Part shown: positions 1 through 11,905 of the stretch, piece by piece
Layout of the letters: the number at the start of each line of letters is the position of its first letter
Position numbering within the stretch: the first letter of the stretch is position 1
DNA from: Eledone cirrhosa
Taxonomy: Eukaryota
Length of the DNA: 64,000 bases
Direction of reading: 5' to 3'
Assembly: GCA_964016885.1 (NCBI GenBank)
Contig: OZ024744.1
Span: forward strand, 124,992,001 to 125,056,000
Made by a program: the position numbers and the translations under genes
Notes under the pieces: generated by a model
Told to the model about the DNA's origin: nothing
The model's input: the letters and a program-made list of their open reading frames with translations, nothing else
The model's database searches: none

Positions 1-3000
1 CATGTACTTCTAATTACACATCGATCCGTCAACATCCGGCCGGCCCACGATCGACGCACAGGGCCGGATGGCCCGTTTTCAGTGAATTTTCACCGGAATC
101 GATCTGTAATTACTGGTACATGTGCGGAGACACATTTGCTGTGTGTGGTGTGATTTTCAAGAAAAACTGCCCATGCTAAATGAGGAAGCTGAAGTCCGCC
201 GGCGAATGGTGTGCTTCGAAGAAAACTAATTCGAAAATGACCGTTTGCAGGCGGAGTAACCTTTTCGATCGTGGGCCAGCCGCCCGTGGTGGGATCCATC
301 TGTAATTACTGGTACATGTGCGGACATACATTTGCTGTGTGTGGTGTGATTTTCAAGAAGAACTGCCCATGCTAAATGAGGAAGCTGAAGTCCGCCGGCG
401 AATGGTGTGCTTCGAAGAAAACTAATTCGAAAATGACCGTTTGCAGGCGGGGTAACCTTTTCGATCGTGGGCCAGCCGCCCGTGGTGGGATCCATCTGTA
501 ATTACTGGTACATGTGCGGACACACATTTGCTGTGTGTGGTGTGATTTTCGAGAAAGACTGCCCATGCTAAATGAGGAAGCTGAAGTCCGCCGGCGAATG
601 GTGTGCTTCGAAGAAAACTAATTCGAAAATGACTATTTGCCGGCGGAATCACCTTTTCGGTCCTGGTCCGGCCGGATCTTGCCGGATCGATCGGAAATTT
701 GTGGACCATGTTCGGAAGGCCATTGTGCATGTGTGGTGAAAAAAATTTGTGTCGAAATCTTCTCGGAAAATAACGGATCGCCGGCGGAGATTGCCATTTC
801 GATCGTGGGCCGGCCGGATCTTGTCGGATCGATTCGGACATATGTGCATCGTGTTCGCAAGGCCCTTGTCTATGTGTGGTGTGATTTTCATAAAGAAATT
901 CCGAAAAACCCAGTTTTAAATCTGATTTCGCCAAAGAATTTTGGCTATCAGATCGGGTTGAAAGGTATGGTTTCAGGTCGATCTGAAAGTCTAAAATGGA
1001 ATTCACTCGGTTAGCTAACTTTTGATATATCGGAGATATCTTTCTGAAAATCACACCACACACTCCCAATGAGTGTCTGCAAATGTACCAGTAATTACAG
1101 ATGGATCCCACCACGGGCGGCCGGCCCACGATCGAAAAGGTTACTCCGAAGCACACCATTCGCCGGCGGAATTCATTTACCATGGGCAGTTTTTCTCGAA
1201 AATCACACCACACACAGCCAATGAGTGTCCGCACATGTACCAGTAATTACAGATGGATCCCACCACGGGCGGCTGGCCCACGATCGAAAAGGTTACTCCG
1301 CCTGCAAACGGTCATTTCGAATTCGTTTTCTTCGAAGCACACGATTCGCCGGCGGACTTCAGCTGCCTCATTTAGCATGGGCAGTTTTTCTCGAAAATCA
1401 CACCACACACAGCAAATGTGTGTCCGCACATGTACCAGTAATTACAGATCGATTCCGGTGAAAATTCACTGAAAACGGGCCATTCGGCCCTGTGCGTCGA
1501 TCGTGGGCCGGCCGGATGTTGACGGATCGATGTGTAATTAGAAGTACATGTGCGAACACTCATTGGCTGTGCGTGGTATGCATTTCAGCAAGATATCTCC
1601 GTAACATCAAGAGTTATGGCTGTGGAGGCACACCTAGTCAAACGTAAACAAGCTCTGGAGCGTATACGCTTCGCGATTTTGTTTACGTTTGACTAGGTGT
1701 GCCTCCACAGCCACAACTCTTGATGTTACGGAGATATCTTGCTGAAATGCATACCACGCACAGCCAATGAGTGTCCGCACATGTACTTCTAATTACACAT
1801 CGATCCGTCAACATCCGGCCGGCCCACGATCGACGCACAGGGCCGGATGGCCCGTTTGCAGTGAATTTTCACCGGAATCGATCTGTAATTACTGGTACAT
1901 GTGCGGACACACATTTGCTGTGTGTGGTGTGATTTTCACGAAAAACTGCCCATGCTAAATGAGGAAGCTGAAGTCCGCCGGCGAATGGTGTGCTTCGAAG
2001 AAAACTAATTCGAAAATGACCGTTTGCAGGCGGAGTAACCTTTTCGATCGTGGGCCAGCCGCCCGTGGTGGGATACATCTGTAATTACTGGTACATGTGC
2101 GGACACACATTTGCTGTGTGTGGTGTGATTTTCGAGAAAGACTGCCCATGCTAAATGAGGAAGCTGAAGTCCGCCGGCGAATGGTGTGCTTCGAAGAAAA
2201 CTAATTCGAAAATGACTATTTGCCGGCGGAATCACCTTTTCGGTCCTGGTCCGGCCGGATCTTGCCGGATCGATCGGAAATTTGTGGACCATGTTCGGAA
2301 GGCCATTGTGCATGTGTGGTGAAAAAAATTTGTGTCGAAATCTTCTCGGAAAATAACGGATCGCCGGCGGAGATTGCCATTTCGATCGTGGGCCGGCCGG
2401 ATCTTGTCGGATCGATTCGGACATATGTGCATCGTGTTCGCAAGGCCCTTGTCTATGTGTGGTGTGATTTTCATAAAGAAATTCCGAAAAACCCAGTTTT
2501 AAATCTGATTTCGCCAAAGAATTTTGGCTATCAGATCGGGTTGAAAGGTATGGTTTCAGGTCGATCTGAAAGTCTAAAATGGAATTCACTCGGTTAGCTA
2601 ACTTTTGATATATCGGAGATATCTTTCTGAAAATCACACCACACACTCCCAATGAGTGTCTGCACATGTACCAGTAATTACAGATGGATCCCACCACGGG
2701 CGGCCGGCCCACGATCGAAAAGGTTACTCCGAAGCACACCATTCGCCGGCGGAATTCATTTAGCATGGGCAGTTTTTCTCGAAAATCACACCACACACAG
2801 CCAATGAGTGTCCGCACATGTACCAGTAATTACAGATGGATCCCACCACGGGCGGCTGGCCCACGATCGAAAAGGTTACTCCGCCTGCAAACGGTCATTT
2901 TCGAATTCGTTTTCTTCGAAGCACACGATTCGCCGGCGGACTTCAGCTGCCTCATTTAGCATGGGCAGTTTTTCTCGAAAATCACACCACACACAGCAAA

Positions 3001-4587
3001 TGTGTGTCCGCACATGTACCAGTAATTACAGATCGATTCCGGTGAAAATTCACTGAAAACGGGCCATTCGGCCCTGTGCGTCGATCGTGGGCCGGCCGGA
3101 TGTTGACGGATCGATGTGTAATTAGAAGTACATGTGCGGACACTCATTGGCTGTGCGTGGTATGCATTTCAGCAAGATATCTCCGTAACATCAAGAGTTA
3201 TGGCTGTGGAGGCACACCTAGTCAAACGTAAACAAGCTCTGGAGCGTATACGCTTCGCGATTTTGTTTACGTTTGACTAGGTGTGCCTCCACAGCCACAA
3301 CTCTTGATGTTACGGAGATATCTTGCTGAAATGCATACCACGCACAGCCAATGAGTGTCCGCACATGTACTTCTAATTACACATCGATCCGTCAACATCC
3401 GGCCGGCCCACGATCGACGCACAGGGCCGGATGGCCCGTTTGCAGTGAATTTTCACCGGAATCGATCTGTAATTACTGGTACATGTGCGGACACACATTT
3501 GCTGTGTGTGGTGTGATTTTCACGAAAAACTGCCCATGCTAAATGAGGAAGCTGAAGTCCGCCGGCGAATGGTGTGCTTCGAAGAAAACTAATTCGAAAA
3601 TGACCGTTTGCAGGCGGAGTAACCTTTTCGATCGTGGGCCAGCCGCCCGTGGTGGGATACATCTGTAATTACTGGTACATGTGCGGACACACATTTGCTG
3701 TGTGTGGTGTGATTTTCGAGAAAGACTGCCCATGCTAAATGAGGAAGCTGAAGTCCGCCGGCGAATGGTGTGCTTCGAAGAAAACTAATTCGAAAATGAC
3801 TATTTGCCGGCGGAATCACCTTTTCGGTCCTGGTCCGGCCGGATCTTGCCGGATCGATCGGAAATTTGTGGACCATGTTCGGAAGGCCATTGTGCATGTG
3901 TGGTGAAAAAAATTTGTGTCGAAATCTTCTCGGAAAATAACGGATCGCCGGCGGAGATTGCCATTTCGATCGTGGGCCGGCCGGATCTTGTCGGATCGAT
4001 TCGGACATATGTGCATCGTGTTCGCAAGGCCCTTGTCTATGTGTGGTGTGATTTTCATAAAGAAATTCCGAAAAACCCAGTTTTAAATCTGATTTCGCCA
4101 AAGAATTTTGGCTATCAGATCGGGTTGAAAGGTATGGTTTCAGGTCGATCTGAAAGTCTAAAATGGAATTCACTCGGTTAGCTAACTTTTGATATATCGG
4201 AGATATCTTTCTGAAATTCACACCACACACTCCCAATGAGTGTCTGCACATGTACCAGTAATTACAGATGGATCCCACCACGGGCGGCCGGCCCACGATC
4301 GAAAAGGTTACTCCGAAGCACACCATTCGCCGGCGGAATTCATTTAGCATGGGCAGTTTTTCTCGAAAATCACACCACACACAGCCAATCAGTGTCCGCA
4401 CATGTACCAGTAATTACAGATGGATCCCACTACGGGCGGCTGGCCCACGATCGAAAAGGTTACTCCGCCTGCAAACGGTCATTTTCGAATTCGTTTTCTT
4501 CGAAGCACACCATTCGCCGGCGGACTTCAGCTTCCTCATTTAGCATGGGCAGTTTTTCTCGAAAATCACACCACACACAGCCAATGA
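1..4587. repeat. CpG-rich palindromic satellite, ~1583/1584-bp higher-order unit built from 196-bp subrepeats in inverted orientation
   Basis: Near-identical ORFs recur at 422/2005/3589 (period 1583-1584) and at 299/495 (period 196). Inversion centres CACCTAGTCAAACGTAAACAA-27nt-TTGTTTACGTTTGACTAGGTG have loops at 1652-1678 and 3236-3262. Confidence 0.95.
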
Positions 4588-4633
4588 GTTTAAAATACTC
4601 ACCGTTTGATTTGGAAAAACTTAAAATGCTCAC

Positions 4634-4660
4634 ATATATATGTGTATGTATTTATCTATG

Positions 4661-4708
<48 letters not shown>

Positions 4709-5245
4709 TGTATTTATCTATGTATTTATCTATATGCATGGATATATATATATATATATATATTTATCTATGTATTTATCTATATGCATGGATATATATA
4801 TATATATATATATATGTATTTATCTATGCATGTATGAATATATAAAATATATATATATATATATGTGTGTATGTATTTATCTATGCATGTATGAATATAT
4901 AAAATATATATATATATATATATGTATGTATTTATCTATGCATGTATATATATATAAAATATATACATAAATATATATATATATATATGTATTTATCTAT
5001 GCATGTGTGCATACATATATATATATATATGTATTTATCTATACATGTATGTATATATATATATATACATATATAAGTATTTATCTATACATGTATGTAT
5101 ATATATATATACATATATATGTATTTATCTATACATGTATGTATATATATATATACATATATATGTATTTATTTATATATGTATGTATATATAAATATAT
5201 ATATGTATATAAGTATTTATCTATACATGTATGTATATATAAAAT
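4634..5245. repeat. (TA)n-based compound microsatellite with TATTTATCTAT(G/A)CATG interruptions
   Basis: Directly visible. Confidence 0.95.
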
Positions 5246-5324
5246 ATTGTCATGTTTACAAAAATATTTTTCTAATATCGTGTTTAATATTTTCTATTGT
5301 CGTCTGCTTCTCTTCTCACGTGGT

Positions 5325-5665
5325 TACTTACTCTCTCACCCTCTCTCTCTTTCCCCTCTCATACAACCCCTTCTTTCTCTTTCTTTCCCCTCTCACACAA
5401 CCTCTTCTTTCTCTCTCTTTTTGCCAGTCCCTTCTCTCACTCTCTCTCCCTCTTCCTTTTTTATCTCTTTCTTTCTGTCTCTGTTTCCCTCCTATAGACA
5501 TTCTCTCTCTCTCTTTCTGCTCTCACTCAGCCTTCTCTCTCTTTCCCCTCTCACACAGTCTTCTCTCTCTCTCTTTCCCCTCTCACACAGCATTCTCTCT
5601 CTCTCTCTCTCTTTATTTCCCCTCTCACACAGCCTTCTCTCTCTATCTATCTATCTCTCTCTCTG
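5325..5665. repeat. CT-rich low-complexity repeat (TTTCCCCTCTCACACA motif)
   Basis: Directly visible. Confidence 0.9.
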
Positions 5666-6659
5666 GAGATTTTTTAACACAAAGTCACACAAGGATTAGA
5701 AAAATGGCGATAATCACTTTGAAAGTAACAATTATGCAATAAATAGTTGTTATTGCCACGTCTCGTATCCTCCTTTGGCAATGTGTAAAATGTTAGCGAG
5801 ATCGAGTGAACAATACACAAGTTATAATACTTTACAGACGGGACTTATACAGTAGATGTAGCAAAATGCGTAGATTACGATTCTTGAGACGAGATTAAAA
5901 TATACGATTAGGGGATACTTTAAGAAGACGAGTAGATGTTTGAGTAGATTTAGCTGCTTTTTCTAGCATTTTTAGTTATACTTTGAAGCAAATTTTTTTT
6001 GTTACTATTATATTAAAAGTTATCTGGTTACGTTATTTGACTGGTATTTCTAGCATTTTACAAGGACCACGTGTGTGTTTTATTTAAGGAAGATCTAGTT
6101 GTTATTTCTGATATTTTCTTCATCAAGTTAGTTGCTATTTCCTGCATCCTCTTGAAGACAAGAAATAATAATGAATTAGCTGCTGTTTCTAGTAGGTTCT
6201 ATGGTAGTGATGAGCGTGGGAGGGAGGTTTGACTGCTATTTTTAGCAGGTTCTAAGGCATTGAGGTTTATGTTTTACGAGAGATTTGGCTGTTATTTCTA
6301 ACATGTTATAATGGAGAGAGAGAGAGAGTATAAGATATACAGAGAGAGGGAGTATAAGATATAGAGAGAGGGGAAACGGCCGATGTTTACGTTGAGAAAA
6401 CCTAATAAAATGTTATAAATGGGTTTATAAAGAATAGAATGAGATAAACAAGACAAAGTTAGATAAAATAAATCAGCTGTAAGGATATTATACGATATAT
6501 TTATAATATTTTAATATATTTTTCCTGGTCGTCTGCTGCCATTGATAGAGAGAAGAGTGGTGGGAGGTAGCCATAACAACCGTGGTAGCAGCACTGAGGT
6601 TTGTTTTTAAAGAAGTGAATACAAGAAAAACAAGCAACTAAGAATATTAATCTCTTAAA

Positions 6660-7268
6660 CCCTTCAAGATGTGTATGACAAGAAAGAAGACGTTTTAGAG
6701 TCGTATGACATAGATGATAACTGGAAATTCTTACGTGACAACTTACTGCAGGCTACTGAAGAAACTTGTGGCTGGAGCAGAGCTCCGACCAGACAGAGAG
6801 TGACCTGGTGGTGGGACAACACGGTAGATAAGGCCATTAGAGACAAAAGACTAGCATGGAACACTTGAAAAAATGGTGGGAGTAGAGACCGATACACAGC
6901 TGCTAAGAGAGAAGCTAGACGTCAGATGTACTTAGCACGCACGGAGGCTGAGAGTAGGAGGTTTGCCAATGTTCTGTGATGGGAAGATCAGAGGCGTGCG
7001 GTGTTCCACATTGCAAGGCATGGTGTCAGTGTAAATCAGGATGTTGTTGGAGATAAGTGTATCCGGAATGATGCCAGTGTACTTGGTGTCACGAATGATC
7101 AAAAAAAGGAGGCCTGGAAATATCATTATGAGAGGCTGATGAATTGTGGAGAATGAATGGGAGAGAGGGAAACTATCCCCAGTAGACCCAACAGAGGGAC
7201 CAGCTATTGAGATTGGGGAATATAGGGTACAAGAGGCAATTAAGGAAATGAAGAATGGCAAGGCTACA
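6660..7268 (+). mobile_element. Decayed RTE-clade LINE fragment (EN-RT linker region)
   Basis: Peptides WKFLRDNLLQATEETCG..TWWWDNTVDKAI and ENEWE..EGPAIEI..VQEAIKEMKNGKA, broken by stops and frameshifts. Confidence 0.8.
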
Positions 7269-7273
7269 TTTAA

Positions 7274-7494
7274 CCCTTTAGCATTTAAACCAGCCATACC
7301 TAGCCAGAATACTCTCACATCTTTCTGTTCAAACCAGCCATAACTGGCCACTCATACTGACGTTAAGGTATTGTTCTCAATATAAATAATATCAAAATCT
7401 CATAGATTCGATATTATATGAGATAATTATGTAAGATAAAGCCTTTACCACAAAAATACAATAGTATATATAGAGTAATAAAAATGCTAAAGGG
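7274..7494. mobile_element. piggyBac-type MITE (221 bp); further copies at 42499-42719, 46150-46370, 49823-50043
   Basis: TTAA|CCCTTTAGCATT ... AATGCTAAAGGG|TAAA: a 12-bp perfect TIR beginning CCC, with a TTAA-type target site (right copy mutated). Confidence 0.75.
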
Positions 7495-7789
7495 TAAAAG
7501 TAGCTTATTATTTTGTGAGCTCTTGCTACTTATTGCTCTTGTGCATCAAGAACATACACAGCTTACATTTTGTTGCTAATCTCACTGAGATCCAACTACA
7601 TCTCTTGTTTATCCATAGTTTGGAATTTCTACCTACTCCTTTCCTTTAGAATGATCAAGGCCATTTTCTTGTGGGGATCTAGGCCCTGTTTTCCTTTCTA
7701 TTTTGCCAAGTTATCTTACATCACTTTCATTCTAGACCATGCTTCCAGGTTTGGAATTTCTCCTCTAATTTTACCACAGATTAAGTGAC

Positions 7790-9310
7790 AAGGGTTCAAT
7801 CATGTGCATACAGGAGTTCCCATGGACAGCCAGTAATATGTAATAGCCTGCAGGATGATAATAAACAGAAGAGGGTTAATTACAGAGCCCTGATAGAGGG
7901 TTAATAACAGAGCCCTGATAGACTTGTTCACTCAACTCCTCACTATAGCCATCATTACTTTTAACCTTACTGACTGCTCCTCCATACATGGCTTTTACTG
8001 CTCTCACAAGCCACTCATATACCCCTAGTTTTCTAAGTTATACACCAGATTAGGGAAGGGGGAAGTCTCACAGAAGCTCTCTCTGGGTCAACAAATGCCA
8101 AGTAGAGGGGCTTATTTTAGCTAGGTACTACTCTTGCAGTTGCCACACAAGGAAGAGGACATCAGTGGTACTTTTACCTGGCACAAATCCAAACTTCATC
8201 TCATCTAGGTTAACTTGGTCCCTAATCAGCTGTGTTATAAATCTAACACCTTCATGAAGTGGTCCATCTAATATCTCTATAGTTTTCTAGCTCTAGTACA
8301 TCTCCTTTGCCCTTGTAGCAGTTGATGATGATGATACTACACCATTTATTTGGTATGACACCATTTTGTATTACATGCTGTACGATACCAGTGGTTAAGA
8401 TGTGACCCACCATCCCAGATACTTTCAGTATCTCAGCAACTATCACCAATGGACAAGATACTTTCTCTGTCTTCATATCCTTAATTACCTTACTTCATAT
8501 CCTTAATTACCTTACTGCTTACTTGTATGGCTGGACCCTCTGTTGGGCCCACTTTCCGTAGACTATCTTCCTCCCATGCATTCTCCTCATTCAGTAATCT
8601 TTCATAAAGGCATTTCCATGTTACAAAGGTTGGCTGAAAAGTTCATAGACTATCAATGATAGCATGATGCTAGAGCTGTGAAATCTTGCCTGCATTAATT
8701 TCAACTCTTCTTATTAATAACTGCATTGTTTCCTTCCAGGGACTATGTTGAAAAATAAACCTCATTTGGTCATTCCATGAGTGTATCTTGGTCTGCCTAT
8801 GAACTTTTCAGCTGACCCTATTCAGCATCAGTGAGCCCAAATGCCCCATTATCATCCTGGACACACTTTACCCCAACATCACAATTTGCCCTCACACACT
8901 GCCTCACAATCCTGAACATCTCATGTATTTCATCCTCACATCATAAAACCAACTGAAATTATATATTCTCTGCTTCCCTCCTTGCAAAGAATACTTCTTG
9001 CCTAGCTTCCTGTAGTGTACCCTCCAGCTGCCTCCATTCTGCCATTATTCCATGCCTGTCTCTTGGCCTTAACTGTCTCATCTACCCGTGTGTTTCACCA
9101 CCAAGATACTCTCCTCTCTGAAGCCCTGCTCCAGCCACAGATCTAGTTTGACACCTTCAGCAAAGGTTCTTTAAGGAACTCCCACTGTTCCCCTATATTG
9201 TATGTTTCTATTTGTTCTTCCTTACTGTTGTAAAGATCAAACAAAATATCTCTAAATTTGGAACTGGCTGAGGGGTCCTTTAACTTCCATATCCTTCTCC
9301 TCCAAGTTGC
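7790..9310 (-). mobile_element. Decayed RTE-clade LINE ORF fragment (linker plus RT N-terminal part); repeated within the 3.67-kb units
   Basis: Minus-strand peptides GPTEGPAIQV..IKDMK, IPNKWCSIIIINCYKGKGDVLELENYRDI; many stops. Confidence 0.75.
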
Positions 9311-9582
9311 CCTCAGTCTTCAAGTTCATCTAAGTCTATGAAATCACTAACTACTGGGTTATGTTGGGAGGTGCATTCTTCCCCAGGGGGTGGGGATTGT
9401 GTGTTTACAAATGTCAATATCTCATCTTCTGGTGAGGATAAAAATCTGACTGGCATGCTCCTCTGACCAATAGGTGTTGAAGTGGTTGTCGGGTAAACGT
9501 TAAGACCCTCTGATATACATATATATATATATACTAGCATGGTACCCATGCTTTCCAGCATAGAGTTACGTCTCTTTATGGT

Positions 9583-9690
9583 CTGAGTTCAAATCACGCC
9601 GAGGTTAACTTTGCCTTTCATCCTTACGGGGTCGATAAAATAAAGCACCAGTAATGTACTGGGGTCGATTTAATCGACTTTCCCCTCCTC
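9583..9690 (+). mobile_element. tRNA-derived SINE body; related pieces at ~20910-21035, 24420-24580, 35330-35390 (-), 35615-35672, 42340-42415 (-), 53953-54060
   Basis: B-box-like GAGTTCAAATC followed by TTTGCCTTTCATCCTTACGGGGTCGATAAA..ACCAGT..CTGGGGTCGAT, recurring through the window. From memory this resembles the MetaSINE-type central domain common in Octopus. Confidence 0.7.
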
Positions 9691-9730
9691 TGCCAAATGA
9701 CACACACATGCATGGTTCGGGGGAACCTAC

Positions 9731-9766
<36 letters not shown>

Positions 9767-10645
9767 GTAGGTCACTGGTTGAGTCGGTATTAACCACAGT
9801 AACTAAGGTACTCAATACATATTAGATATAGGTGTCTTTCTAATTGCTGGCCTTGTTCATAAGGTATACACAAGTATGATGTGTGTCTGTTTAACTGTAC
9901 GTGTGAAAACATCGCGAAATTGCGCCTTTTAATATTTGAATATAAACAGTTAAAAAATAATTATTTTAGTAATTTTTAAATATCGATAATGTGTATATAA
10001 ATATTAGAAATCAATTTAATTAGTTCAGTAACATTACTCGGAGTTAAGATAAACCTTCATTTGAAGAAATTCGAGATTTGACCAAATAAATAGATTATGT
10101 GATCAATAAAAAAAATATGTATACGCGCTTGAACGACGGGTTGCAGACAGTCAGGCATACAGACACATATTTTAAAGCGTGCGACGTTAAAAGTCTTACT
10201 CTCTCTCTTTTTAGATAGATAGACTTAATTAAAGCAGTTTCACTCTCTCTATATTTCATCAGCTCCCTCTCTCTTAAATTGAAAGATTCATTAAGGCTGA
10301 AATAATCTAAACAGTAACATCATTTTTCGCCAGCTCTAGCTTGCGTCCAGAGATATACACACACATATATATATATTTTTTTTGTTATCGAGTTGAGCTT
10401 TGCCAAGCATAGAATTCCAAATTTGACCATCTCCACTGAAAATGTTCGTGAAATAGTCTTTAAGAAGCAATTTAATTTTTTCCAACTGAAACTGTAAGTA
10501 TTTTAAAATTTATTTCAACATGGTCTTAAAAGATTGTTGGCTTTTTTTAAATTCATAACTATTTACTATGAAATATAAATTATTAAATCCAATTTATTTG
10601 ATAACCATGATTTGATTTTATAATTACCTGAATCACGTTAACATG

Positions 10646-10686
<41 letters not shown>

Positions 10687-10939
10687 GTGTGTGTATATAT
10701 ATATATATATAATAATTGTTTCTACGTTACGCAGTGTATTACTGGTACTGTATTTTACGATATTAAATATTAAATATTAACTATTAGATATTAAATATTA
10801 AATATTAGATATTAGATATTAAATATTAAATATGATATCCCTGAAATATATATAATGAAATAAATATGGTTTTATAAATGTAATTTCCATTTGTTTAATA
10901 TCAAATATATATATATATATATATATGTATTTATGTATA

Positions 10940-10940
<1 letters not shown>

Positions 10941-11022
<82 letters not shown>
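10941..11022. repeat. (CA)n microsatellite; paralog at 55330-55393 is shorter
   Basis: Directly visible. Confidence 0.97.
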
Positions 11023-11025
<3 letters not shown>

Positions 11026-11249
11026 GCAGACACAGACACAGAATATCGTATATATCACACACACACAATTAAGATTTGACGTGTTGCAGACAGCCAGACA
11101 TACAGAGAGATATTTTAAAGCGTGCGACCTTACATTTCTTACTCTTTCTCTTATCAAAAGAGAAAGAGTAATGCTAACACTTACGTCTACTTCACGCTCT
11201 CTTGAACCGTTACAGAAATTGCATCACATCTAATTATAACTTTGTACGT

Positions 11250-11756
<507 letters not shown>

Positions 11757-11905
11757 TAATAATAATAATAATAATGAAATGATTGTGTACAGTGCTCAGG
11801 TGCACTACAACTCATCAAAGGTGCATGTATAGTACATAGAATAATGTACAAACATCAGTAAAATGAACAGTGCACACATGTGTGCATGTGTATGGAAGGG
11901 GCACA

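Noticed and set aside
90-4543. Many 60-270-aa ORFs in the palindromic satellite (also 36.1-41.3 kb)
   Set aside because: They occur in all frames and on both strands, have no domain motifs and are broken by 1-bp indels between units; they are by-products of a stop-poor repeat.
10130-10225. Possible Helitron-like 5' end on the minus strand, with a related copy at 11075-11160
   Set aside because: No matching 3' hairpin/CTAG could be assigned with confidence.
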